This document shows, in pieces, positions 24,109-35,565 of a stretch of DNA of 64,000 bases. Where the stretch lies: assembly GCA_026770705.1 (NCBI GenBank), contig JANJGN010000020.1, forward strand, positions 8,060,001-8,124,000. The letters are read 5' to 3'. Under the pieces are notes generated by a model. That model ran no database searches and was not told the DNA's origin. It saw nothing but the letters and a program-made list of their open reading frames with translations. How positions within the stretch are numbered: the stretch's first letter is position 1; each line of letters opens with the position of its first letter. Source of the DNA: Isurus oxyrinchus (Eukaryota). The translations under genes and the position numbers were made by a program.

Positions 24109-24848
24109 GATAAATACATTTTTAATGAGGTTTTACAGTCCCTGAGGTTAAAGAGATGGGTTAAAAAGGGGTTAGATGGTCATGATTTTGGGGGAATAAA
24201 ACACAAAGTAGAAAAAACTGGGCTGTTGCCTCGTGGCTTTGATCAAGTGACACCTAGACAGTGATGCAGAGAAAGGCAGGGAAGAGTTCAGTGTGTGTCA
24301 GAGGGTGAAGACAGGGAATTTCAGCTCTTTGAGATAAGAAACACTACAAGGTCACTGGGAGACTGAGTTTAGAGAACTCGTGTTTGCTCTGCAGTTGAAG
24401 AAATAGTGAGTTTAGAGTGTGGTTTTTGGGTATCTCAGGAAAGGATACAAGGTGGATGAGAAGCATCAAGTGAATACTCAAGAATACAGAAGAAAATCAC
24501 TTGCACGAGTGCCAATCCCAAGCAAGGAGCTTTTGTGTCAAGCTAGTGGTAACTCTTCACTGGTTTAGATGTCTGTAAAGATATTGCTGGGTAAAGGTAT
24601 ATTGGGATATTGAGTCATCTTCTTGTGTTTGTATTGAGATCTTTCCAACCTTTTAGTTTGGTGTAATAGAGTTCATTTTTCTTGTTTAATAAATATTTTA
24701 TTCTTTGTGTTAAAAGTTCATCAGCAGACTCCTGTGAATTTGTTCAACAACTTTCTTCCACAGTTTCTAAAAAAGCTAGGATCCATCAAGCCAGCTTTCA
24801 CTCTGGGATCTGACTTGTTCAGTATTGACATCAGGTGGGATTGTTATA
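23938..24848 (+). repeat. 3' LTR (contains an (AT)n microsatellite at about 24075-24110)
   Basis: Follows the PPT; starts TGTTAGGAACAGTGTATAATTTTT, ends GGGATTGTTATA. Confidence 0.9.
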
Positions 24849-25029
24849 TCAGCAACACTCACATCCCAAGAACGAATGAAAAAACATAATATTGAGCACC
24901 TCTATGAAATTTCATCTGAACTTTCTCTGTTCTCGGGTGAACAATTCCGTCTTCTCTACTCTCTCCGCATAGCTATTCCAATGCTCTCGTTGACTGCTTC
25001 CCATCTTTCGCCATCCATAAACCTGAGCC

Positions 25030-25930
25030 CATCCTAAAGAGCTGCCTGTACCCTAACATGCACCGTGCTTACTGGCCTACATTGGCTTCCGCCCACCAAA
25101 GCCTCAATTTTTAAATTCTCATCCTCAAGTTCAAATTCCTCCAAGGCTTTGTCCCTCCCAATTACTTCAACTCCCCTAGCCCCGCAACTCTCTGAGCTTT
25201 TTTTTATTCTTTCATGGGATGTGGGCTTTGCTGGCTGGGCCAGCATTTATTGCCCATCCCTAGTTGCCCTTGAGAAGGTGGGGGTGAGCTGCCTCCTTGA
25301 ACTGCTGCAGTCCATGTGGTGTAGGTACACCCACAGTGCTGTTAGGGAGGGAGTTCCAGGATTTTGACTCAGCGACAGTGAAGGAACAGTGATATATTTC
25401 CAAGTCAGGAAGGTGTCTTGCTTGGAGAAGAATTTCCAGGTGGCAGTATTCTCATCTATCTGCTGCCGTTGCTTCTCTGGGCATTTGAGGTCACTTGTGG
25501 TTTGGAAGGTGCTGTCGGAGGAGCTTTGGTGAGTCTCTGCAATGCATCTTGTGGATGGTACACACTGCTGCCACAGTGTGCCAGTGGTGGAGGGAGCGAA
25601 TGTTTGAGGTGATGGATGAAATGTCTCCAAGTCTCGTCTCCACTGGTGAAAATCTCCAATGTTAATAGTTCCACCATTGGCAGCCATTCCTTCAGCTGTC
25701 TGGACCCTGTGCCCTGGAATTCCACCCCAAAACCTCACTAACTCTCTCTCTTCCTTGAGACCTTGAGGATGCTCCTTCCAACCCCCCCTTTTAAACAAGA
25801 TTTTGATCATCTGTCCTCTAGCGTCTCCTCATGTGGGTCCATGTCAAATGTTGTTTGATACTGCTCCTGTGCAGAGCTGGATGTTTCACTACCTTAAAGG
25901 TGCGATATAAATATACGTTATTGTTGTCGT
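25030..25930 (+). mobile_element. L2-type LINE 3' fragment, interrupted by LINE family B
   Basis: LTGLHWLP motif at 25065; tail AAAGGTGCGATATAAATATACG at about 25900. Confidence 0.6.
25199..25615 (-). mobile_element. CR1-group LINE family B 3' end
   Basis: Reverse complement of 18575-18960. Confidence 0.9.
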
Positions 25931-26554
25931 TATTGAGATCCATCATTCACAGTCCCATTCTAGCAGCTAGAAGTCTGGTAGAACATTACCCTTGCATTAC
26001 AGAGTTTAGAAACTTTTTCATTGGTCACAAAACAATAGAGACTGGTGAATTTAATTTTATTGGGCCAAGGCAATTTTCAGGCACTCAAGGAGGCCACCTA
26101 GGAGTCAGGGCCCCTGCATATGGTGATGCTTACTTTAGGACCCCTTTGGTCAATGAGGCCAGTTCCCTCGGGTTGTCCAGGAATAAATTTGGCAAAGCAA
26201 GAGACCGCCACCAAAAGTATAACTGCATTTGATTTGAAGTTTGATTTGGGGCCAGGAGGAAAAGGAATGCCCCCAGTGTCCTGGGTCATTGCAACCCCTG
26301 AACCTGTGATCAGCGCTCCCTCTCAGTCCCCTTCCTCTCCCTCCCCACCACCCCCCCCCACCTCCAACCTCCCCCCCCCCCCCCCCCCACCCCCCCCTCC
26401 CACAACCCAACATCCCACCACGTAAAGACATTTGGCCTGGAGTTTCCTCAAAACTGCTCCCATTGGCAATTTTTTCAACAGCTCTGAGGAAATTCTGGCT
26501 GCTGCAGACGTAAAAGATCCCAGGAACTACTTGAAGAAGATTAACTCAGCACAT

Positions 26555-26912
26555 TAGCTGTGGCTTAGTCGGTACGACTCTTGATTCTGAGTTGCATGGT
26601 TTTGGGTTCAAATCTCACTCCATGGCTTGAGATGTTAAACTGAAGCCCCATTTGGATGGGTATAAAATATCTCATGACACTATTTCAAACAAGAGCAGGG
26701 GAGTTCTCCCTGATATCATAGCCAAAATGTATCCTTCAATCAACATCACTAAAACGGACTATCTGGCCATTGCTGTTTGTGGGATCATGCTGTGTGCAAA
26801 TTGGCTGCTGTGTTTCCTACATTATAAGAGTGGCTACACTTCAAAGAGCACGTCATTGATTGTAAGGTGCATTGAGTGGTTGCAAAAAGTGGTATATAAG
26901 CGCAAGTCTTTC
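26555..26912 (+). mobile_element. SacSINE1-like DeuSINE
   Basis: tRNA head (GTGGCTTAGTCGG, GGTTCAAATCTC), Deu-domain-like GATGTTAAAC...GAGCAGGGGAGTTCTCCC and an L2-like tail. Family name recalled, not searched. Confidence 0.7.
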
Positions 26913-28329
26913 TGTTATGTGGGACATTGCTCAACGCAGAATGGTTGCCACGTTCACTATACTGTAATTGTGGCTGTGCTTCATCGCTATTCAGTGTATA
27001 TAACGTGTTCTAGAGATATCATAAGGAGCTACAGAAATGCTAATACTCCTGAGTTCATTTTGCACAAAACCCCGTGGAATTACATTTAATATTTCTCTGG
27101 CATTCTCTTTGTCTGTGCCCATTCGAGAGATGAATGTTATTGCTGAGAAGCGGAACGTTATTCACTTTCAATCTGCCAGATGACAGCCTCAAGCACTCCT
27201 AATGGAACAAGAGCCAGGGAATGGAACTGAGGGAGGAACTCTTTCAGGGAGTTGGCTTAAGGGTTGATGGACCAAATGGCCCCTTGTGGTGTTGCAGAAT
27301 ACAGTGGGTCGAGGTTACGCTGCTGTCCCTCAGCTCACGCAACTACTTAAATAAAGCACCGGGCCAAAACAGCGGCTTTAAAAGCGGCGGGATTTTTAAT
27401 TTTCTTGCCCAAAACTGAAAGTGGTGTTTCCGCACGAATAAACCACTTCAATTTGTCTCTATGCACAAATTGAATCAGCTTCCACCCGTTAGCAGCAACA
27501 GTGAAAACTATTTTGCGGCTTGTGCCAGGCCTTTAGTTGACTGTGCTTCACTATTTCAACCCAGATGATGTAACTGCCTTCTATTCTCCCCTTGGTGGAA
27601 ATGACCCACATACTTCCTTTGCCAGGATACAAATTACCGATAACCTTGGCATTGCTGCAAAGGCTCCAGCTGCACCCTTTGCTCGAGCAGAAATCCTCCT
27701 TCTGTCTGATTCGTGGCCGAAAGGTTTCAGCAGCAAGTGAGAAGGGGTATTCCTGATCTATAGCAGCCAGACTCACCCTGCCCCGCAACTATAGCCTCAC
27801 CCAAAAACATGCCAGCAGAGCAAGGTCTCGACAGAGGAAGCTTTCTTCCTACTATTTTTACAAAAACGTCCCTAAAACATTAACAACCATCTCTGAAATG
27901 GCCTCCTACCCAGCGTGCGACTAGACCCAATTTGTTATCTCTGAAAGCCATTCTGCCCCACAGTGGCAAGTTATCAACAGCACAACAGGTCTGCCGGACT
28001 TTCCAACTGCTATTTATCCACAGTTTATTTATAAGCACACGTGTTTTACAAGGTGTGATTATTTTGAGAATATTTAGTTCCAATCGTGTTTCAGTGTTTT
28101 GCCATAGATAGTCAATATGACCTTACAATGACCATGCATTAACGTTTTAAAAAATCTGAACAATATTAATCTATCAAAAGATTCATGAAGATTCAGTTTG
28201 GCTTTTGGGTTTTGTGTTGTGAGCAAAGTAACACATCGACAAGCAGTAAATTAAATTTTCTATTTCTTCGGAAGACTTTCTGCAGAAATACCTATATCTT
28301 GGGGTGCAGTACCTGAGTCATTTGAAACT

Positions 28330-28800
28330 GGTCGGAATTTGACCAGCCCTTTGGCAATGGGCTGGGAGGCAAGCATGGGTGCCCGACCTCCTCCAGCCAC
28401 CATGCAATTTTGCCAGCAGGAGGAGATCAGCTGCCCATCCTGAGCCCAATTAATGGCCACTTCCGGCCTCCATGTTCCCCACGTCACGAGGACCTGTCAC
28501 TACGTGGGGAGACCTCTGGGTGAATCCAAATGGCCTTCCATTGGGCTCTGGGAGAGGACCCCTCCTTTTTGGGCACTCCATAGCCCAGAGAGGGGCCCCA
28601 CGTCCCGTTGGCAATGGCCGCCCCCAAGGCGACAGCATCATCTTCCCTCAGGGGCACCCCTCTCACAGGAGCCTGTCTGCCTGGAGTCCCCAAATCCCAC
28701 TTACCTGACCTTGAGGGCACAAGGCCATTGATGTGCCCTCATCCTCCAGGCACAGTCCTGGCAATGACCATCACTAGCAGTGGTGCTGCTGAGCTGTGAC
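28330..28800. mobile_element. Harbinger-like MITE fragment related to 2019-2676
   Basis: Starts GGTCGGAATTTG; shares the CCAATTAATGGCCACTT and GCAGTGGTGCTGCTG blocks in inverted orientation. Confidence 0.5.
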
Positions 28801-29009
28801 CCTCACAAGCATGCTTGCAAGAGGTGACTTTTGGAGCCCACTTCATGTCTGGGTCTGTCGTCGACTAATTTACAGAGATTGATTGCCATGACTGGCCAAC
28901 AACTCCATTATCGTTGTATCATGTGACTGCCAGGATGGCAGAAGGCGAATGAGATGAACCTTGGTCTTTTAGCGTTCAGAGTTCCTCTGTTCCTAAAAAT
29001 ACATTACAA

Positions 29010-29930
29010 ATGATCACAACAATTTACACTACAGGAGAAAAAGGTGCAGATTGGTTGGAGGTGGATTCTGATTGGCCATGGCATTGTCATGGAGAAGGCA
29101 ATGGCGAACTATAGGCTCCTGGGTATTTCAAAAAAGGCTTGAACATATTCCTTTTGTTTGCAGAGAACAGGTCCCTATATATGAATCTATGTCACTTATA
29201 GCAAGTATAAATAAGCCTTGTTGCAAGTCAAATGATTAGATAGAGCAATAGAAACATAGAAAAGTTACATCGCAGGAAGTGTCCAATAAAAGAGAAAGAA
29301 AGGAACTAGCCCATCTTCTGGCACCTGGCCTGCAGCCTTGCAGGTTACAGCACTTCGAGTGCAGATCCAGGTGCCTTTTAAATGAGTTGAGTGTTTCAAC
29401 CTCAACTGCCAACCACCAATTCAGACAATGGATTCCAGATGTCCACCACCCTCTGGGTGAAAACATTGTTCCTCATGTCCCCTCTAATCCTTCTACCAAT
29501 CACCTTAAATCTATGACCCCTGGTGATTAACCCCTCAGCTAGGGGAAACAGGTCTTAACTGTCTACTCTATATAGGCCCCTCATAATTTTGTACACTCAG
29601 TTAGGTCACTCCTCCTCTATTCTAAAGAAAACAACCCTAGCCCATTCAATCTTTCTCATAGCTGCAATTTTCCAGCCCTGGCAACACTAATTGTTAGTGT
29701 AGCTATTGGCACACTCAGGATTGTTCAGCAAGTGTTGTCTACTTGCGGAATCACAGCTAGTAGTAAGCATTTTGTTTTGGGTTTTGCCTCAGCCAATCAG
29801 AGTCATCTTGCCAAACAATCAGCGCTCTTTTCCCCTGAAGTATAAATTGTTGCGACCATTTGAAATTTGGCATTCTTGCATTTGTCCTGATGAGTGCAAG
29901 CCCAGTCTCTCTTTTCAGTAACATTCAAGT
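29010..29930 (-). mobile_element. Penelope-like element (family of 10950-11480) with inverted terminal copy, interrupted by CR1 at 29245-29688
   Basis: 29010-29240 plus 29690-29760 are the reverse complement of 11100-11400; 29790-29930 is the + strand tail with CCTGATGAGTGCAAG. Confidence 0.65.
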
Positions 29931-30264
29931 TAAATTCTGCAACTGTAGATTAACAGATAGACTAATATCATAGGAAACTTTGATCCTGAGCTTCTGGGCA
30001 ACCCCCAACATTGGAGGAAGTGCTGAGAAGCAGAACACCCTGTGGACCCATGGATCACGTTCCAAATAGAAAGATCTTGCATTTATATAGCACTCACCAC
30101 TTGAGTGAGACCATTGAGTCAAGGCTGAGATCGGTGCTTCCCCAGACATGGTGTGGCCAGACTCTACAGCCTTGTCCTGCTCCAGCACCCCCCTCCCCAC
30201 CCCACCCCCAGCCAACGTACTGTTGCACTGTCTCTGAAAGGAGGTCAATCACCCCTAGGGTTGA

Positions 30265-31045
30265 TCATGGTACAGTAGTGGTAATGGCACTGGACTACTA
30301 ATCCAGAGTCCCTGGATTAATGAGCAGGAGATATGAGTTCAAAGAAGGTTCAACCTTCAGTGAAGGTTCTCTTGACTGATACCTTTAATGAAGGGATTAT
30401 ATTATGAGGAAACATTGGGCAGACTGCGCCTGTAGCCATTGGAGTTAGGAAGAATGAAAGTTGATCTTCTGGAATAATCTAAGATCCTGAAGGGTCTTGC
30501 CAGGGTGGATGCTGAAAGGATTTTCCCTCATAGGAGAGGCTAGACCTAGAGAGCTCAGTTTAAAAATAAGGGGTCTCCCATTTAAGATATAGATGAGGAG
30601 AAATTTCTTCTCTCAGAGGGTCATGACTCTTTGGAATTCTCTTCCCCAGAGACCAGAGCAGGCAGGGTCAATGAATATTTTTAAGACAGAGGTAGATAGA
30701 TTCTTGACTAACAAGGGACTCAAGGGTTATTGGGAGTGGGCAGAATGTTGTGTTCAGGCCACAATCAGATCAGCCATGATCTTATTGACTGTTGGAGAGG
30801 CTGAAGGAGTCAAATGGCCTACTCCTGCTCCTAATAGGTATGATCGTATATAAATCCCACCATGACAGCTGGGGAATTTAAATTCAATTTACTAAATAAA
30901 CCTGGCACAAAAAGCTCACCTCAGTAATGGTGATACCGAATTCTCAGAAAAACCCATCTGGTTCATTCATTCAGAACCAATGTAGTTGACTGGCATTGCC
31001 ACTGACACCTACATCCAATGAATGAATGAATATATAAGAAAAAAA
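30265..31045 (+). mobile_element. tRNA-derived SINE split by a CR1 3' fragment (about 30395-30850)
   Basis: SINE head at 30265-30342 resumes at 30853 (AAATCCCACCATGACAGCTGG); the CR1 ORF RRNFFSQRV lies between. Confidence 0.75.
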
Positions 31046-31334
31046 TTTACTCTTTCCTGCATTTACGGGTCTTTGGAAGATCAGTTATGGAACGTATGTT
31101 TGCTCTTGCACTGAATCTATCAGATATTAGAGTGGGTGGAATTTCCTGGGAAATCCTAGATTTCCTCTCAATGGGCGTGGGGTGGAGGCCAATGGAAGAC
31201 CTGCCCACGGCATCCTGTCCACCTCCCATGAACCCTTGGAATTTTCCAGCATCTTCTGACTGGAGTGGCATTCTGGCATAACCATTGACCCATAAGCAAT
31301 ACAATAAGGATAATTTGTAATTTCTTTTACAGAT

Positions 31335-33232
31335 CTGTGGAGTCTGTAATTATTTTTAAAAATAGTTTGAAAAGGGCTTTTAAGAGTTTGCATCAATTGT
31401 AAAGAGATCATTTGTAATTTTCTTTGACAATAAGAAATACTGGTCCATGTGACCCATGACCTGGAAGAAGTACCAACAGGAAGGAAGTTAAGAAAGAAGT
31501 TGTGTGGCTGGCAGACTCAAAGGAGAGCTGCAAACACAAAGGGGAGCTTCATGCAGAGGAGCTGGAGGGTGAAAGCAATCAACACACAGATGCAGACAAA
31601 AAGAGAAAGCAGACAGAGGCAGAACCAGGAACACGGTGAATTCATGTGAAGAGAAGAAGCAAATCTTTCTCAGATAGAGGTCTGTTGTTCTGTTTGTCAG
31701 AAAAAGAGACAGGAGCTCTTGGAGGCCATGTGTGAGCTGGCTAAAAAGATTGAAAAAGGGTTGGTGTTGGGACCCTTGCTCTCCCTGATATATATTAATG
31801 TCCTCAACTACGGTGTTCAGGACATGATTTCAAAATTTGCAGATGATACGAAGATTGGAAATGTTGACAACTGTGATGGGGATGGTCTTGAACTTCAAAA
31901 AGGTATAGACATGTTGGTAGATTGGAGAGGCAAGTGGCAGATGAAGTTCAATGCAGAGAAGAGTGAGGTGATTCATGTTGGCAGGAAGACTATGGAGGAC
32001 AGTATTTAAAAAAGGGAGAGACTCCAAAGGAGGTGCAGGAACAGAGGGGCGTCAGTTTATATATACGTAAGTCATTGAAGATGGCAGTGCACGTTGAGAG
32101 AGTAGTTAATAACACATAAATCTTAGGCTTTATTAAGAGGGTCATTGAGTACAAGAGTAAGGAGATCATGTTGAACTTGTATAAGACACTAGGTAGGCCT
32201 CAACTGGAGTACTGCATCCAGTTCTGGGCGCCATACTTGAGGAATGATGTGAAGGATTTGGAGAGAGCACAGAGGAGATTCACAAGAATGATTCCCGGGA
32301 TGAAGAACTGTAGCTATGAGGATAGATCGGAGAGGTTGGGACTGTTTTCCTTGGAGAAAAGAAGGCTGAGACAAAGCTTGATAGAGGAATTCAAGTTCCT
32401 GAGGGGTATGGACAGGGTAAATAGTGAGAAACCGTTCTCACTCAAGAGAACATCAAGAACTAGAGAGCACAGGTTCAAATTAATGGTCAAAAGGAGTAAA
32501 AGTGATGTGAGGAAAAAGGTTTTTTACCCAGAGGGTGGTTGGAGCCTGGAACAAACTTCCTAGAAGGGTGGTGGAAGCAGGTTAGATCCAGGTATTCAAA
32601 AGGGAATTGGATTGCTACCTGATAAGAGAGAATGTGTAAGGTTACTGGGATAAGGCAGGGGAGTGGGGCTAGGTAGAATGCTCTTTCAGAGAGTCAGTGC
32701 AGACTTTATGGACCAAATGGCCTCCTTCTGCACTGTAGAGATTCTGTGATTCTGTCCAAAACCTAGAAGGCTGTGTAAATTGTTCGGAGATGCTAAAGAA
32801 CTGGATGTTTGCCCAGAAGTGGCCAAACCATGAATTGGTTCGTTGTTGCTGGTAGTTCGGTTGAAAAGGAACTCTGGAAAGCTACACCATCAGGATTGTT
32901 GGAAGCCAAGGGAGGGAGAGTTCATGGCAGAGTATCTTGCGGATGATAATTGTACCCATGAAACGTGAGGGTGAAAGTTGTGGTTGGATAGGACTCCTGA
33001 CCTACCCTGTTTGAATAAAGAACAGTATATTGTGGAACTGTGTGGCCAAGTGGTGCACATTTGTGTGGGGACTGATGCAGACGCTTGTGGCTGCGTAAGA
33101 TATGTCTATTGTTGTATCGACTATTTAAATGAAATTTACTTTTTATTTGGAGTATCATTTACTTGTTAATTCACATGTGATTTGCATTAGTTCTGATTCA
33201 TGTTAAAATAAAAGCTACAAAAAGTGGAATCA
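31335..33232 (+). mobile_element. Possible solo LTR split by the CR1 at 31756-32755
   Basis: Non-coding purine-rich body with an AATAAA-containing AT-rich end, similar in layout to 1-786. Termini are not clearly seen. Confidence 0.3.
31756..32755 (+). mobile_element. CR1 LINE 3' 1 kb
   Basis: GLVLGPLL...FADDTK RT motif, RPQLEYC motif, (GATTCTGT) terminal repeats. Confidence 0.9.
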
Positions 33233-33297
33233 TATTGCTGCCAAATTTCACGCCGGCGGTATTTTACGGTTCTGCTGAAGCCAACGGCCTTTTGAAT

Positions 33298-33485
33298 GGG
33301 AAGCGATGGCGTAGTGGTATTGTCACTGGAGTAGTCATCCAGGGTAATGCTCTAGGGACATGGGTTCGAATCCCGCCAAGGCAGATGGTGGAATTTGAAT
33401 TCAATAAAAATCTGGTGACCATGAAACCATTGTTGTAAAAAAACCCATCTGGTTCACTAATGCCCTTTAGGGAAGGAAGTCTGTT
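33298..33485 (+). mobile_element. SINE 5' half with intact Pol III A and B boxes
   Basis: A-box TGGCGTAGTGG at 33307-33317 and B-box GGTTCGAATCCC at 33363-33374; truncated in the core and joined to a LINE. Confidence 0.85.
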
Positions 33486-35565
33486 GCCCTGTGGGACATC
33501 AGCAGCAGAATTGTACTTGAACGCAATCTGTAACCTCATGGCCTGGCATACCCCCAACTCTACCATTACCATCAAGGCAGGGGATCAACCCTATTCAATG
33601 AAGGGTGCAGGAGGGCATGCCAGGAGCAGTACCAGACATAAGTAAGTATGAGGTGCCAGCCTGGTGAAGCTACAAAACAGGACTACTTGCGTGCCAAACA
33701 GTATAAGGAGAAAGTAATAGACAGAGCTAAGCGATCCCACAACCAATAGATCAGATCTAAGCTCTGCAATCCTGCCACATCCAGTCGTGAATGGCGGTGA
33801 ACAGTGAAACAACTCACTGAAGAAGAAGGCTACACAAATATTCCCATCCTCAATGATGGAGAAGCACAGCACATCAGTGCAAAACATAAGGCTAGAGCAT
33901 TTGCTACAATCTTTAGCCAAAAGTGCCAATTGGCTGATGCATCTCGGCCTCCTCCAGAGATCCCCAGCCTCACAGATGCCAGTCTTCAGCCAATTCGATT
34001 CACTCCACATCTTATCAAGAAATGGCTGAAGACACTGGATACTGCAAAGGCTGTGCACCCTGACAATATTCCGGCAATAGCACTGAAGACTTGTGCTCCA
34101 GAATTTACCGCACCCCTAGCCAAGCTGTGCCAGTACAGCTACAACACTGGCATCTATCTGGCTATGTGGAAAATTGCTCAGGTATGTCCTACGCACAAAA
34201 AGCCAATTGTCTCCCCATCAGTTTACTCTCAATCATCAGTAAAGTAATGGAAGGGGTCATCAACAGTGCTATTAAGCAGCACTTGCTTAACAATAACCTG
34301 CTCACTGATGCCCAGTTTGGGTTCTGCCAAGGCCATTCAGCTCCTGACCTCATTACAGCCTTGGTTCAAACACAGACAAAAGAGCTGAAGTCCCGAGGTG
34401 AGGTTGGAGTGACTGTCCTTGACATCAAGGCAGTATTTGACCGAGTGTGGCATCAAGGAGTCCTAGCAAGACTGGAGTCAATTGGAATCAGGGGGAAGAC
34501 TCTTCACTAGTTGGAGTCATACCTAGCACAAAGGAAGATAGTTGTGGTTGTTGGAGGTCAATCAGCACTGCAGGAGTTCCTCAGGGTAATGTCCTCGGCC
34601 CAACCAGCTTCAGCTGTTTCATCAATGACCTTCCCTCCATCATAAGGTCAAAAGTGGGGATGTTTGCTGATGATTGCACAATATTCAACACCATTAATGA
34701 CTCCTCAGATACGGAAGCAGTCCATGTCGAAATGCAGCAAGACCTGGACAATATCCAGGCTTGGGCTGATGAGTGAAAGTAACCACACAAGTGTCAGGCA
34801 ATGACCATTTCCAACAAGAGAAAATTGAACCATCGCCCCTTGATGTTCAATGGGGCATTACCATTACTAAATCCCCCACTATCAACATCCTGGCGATTGC
34901 CATTGACCAGAAACTGAATTGAACTTGTCATATAAATACTGTGGCTACAAGAGCAGGTCAAAGGCTAGGAATCTTGTGATGAGTAACTCACCTCCCGACT
35001 CCCTAAAGCCTGTCCACCATCTACAAGGCACAAGTCAGGAGTATGATGGAATACTCTCCACTTGCCTGGATGAGTACAGCTCCCACGCTCTCAAGAAGCT
35101 TGACACCATCTAGGACAAAGCAGCCTGCTTGATTGGCACCACATCCACAAACATTCACTCCCTCCACCACCGACGCACAGTAGCAGCAGTGTGTGTACCG
35201 TCTATAAGATGCACTGCACAACTCACCAAGGCTCCTTCGACAGCAGCTTCCAAACCCCACGACCACGACCTTCTAGTAGGACAAGGACAGTAGATAGATG
35301 GGGATACCACCAACTGGAAGTTCCTCTCCAAGTCACTCACTATCCCGACTTGGAAATATATCACCGTTCCTTCACTGTTGCTGGGTCAAAATCCTGGAAC
35401 TCTCTTCCTAATAGCACTGTGGGTGTACCTACACCCCATGGACTGCAGCGGTTCAAGAATGCAGCTCACCACCACCTCCTCAAGGGCAACGTGGGATGGG
35501 CAATAAAAATGCTGGCCCGGCCAAGGAAGCCCACATTCCGTGGATGAATTAAAAGCAAAAAAAAA
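33486..35565 (+). mobile_element. CR1-group LINE family B, about 2 kb, frameshifted ORF2
   Basis: WKIAQVCP, PISLLSIISKVME, DIKAVFDRVWH, GVPQGNVLGP and FADD motifs; family B tail plus poly(A). Confidence 0.9.

Larger units (their letters stand above)
15421..24848 (+). mobile_element. Gmr1-type Ty3/Gypsy LTR retrotransposon (degenerate, with nested insertions)
   Basis: Two related LTRs; polypurine tract GGGGAGG at 23931-23937; TSD CCAG (15417-15420) / TCAG (24849-24852). It splits a LINE/SINE tail (...GCTGGCCTTGCCAG | CAACACTCACATCCCAAGAACGAATG). Gag and pol remnants lie inside. Confidence 0.9.

Noticed and set aside
27488-27499. RFX X-box (GTTAGCAGCAAC) suggesting RFX4 autoregulation
   Set aside because: Only one good half-site; expected by chance in 64 kb.
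33298-33380. tRNA genes here and at 26555 and 57840-57915
   Set aside because: A and B boxes run straight into SINE bodies; no complete cloverleaf is evident.
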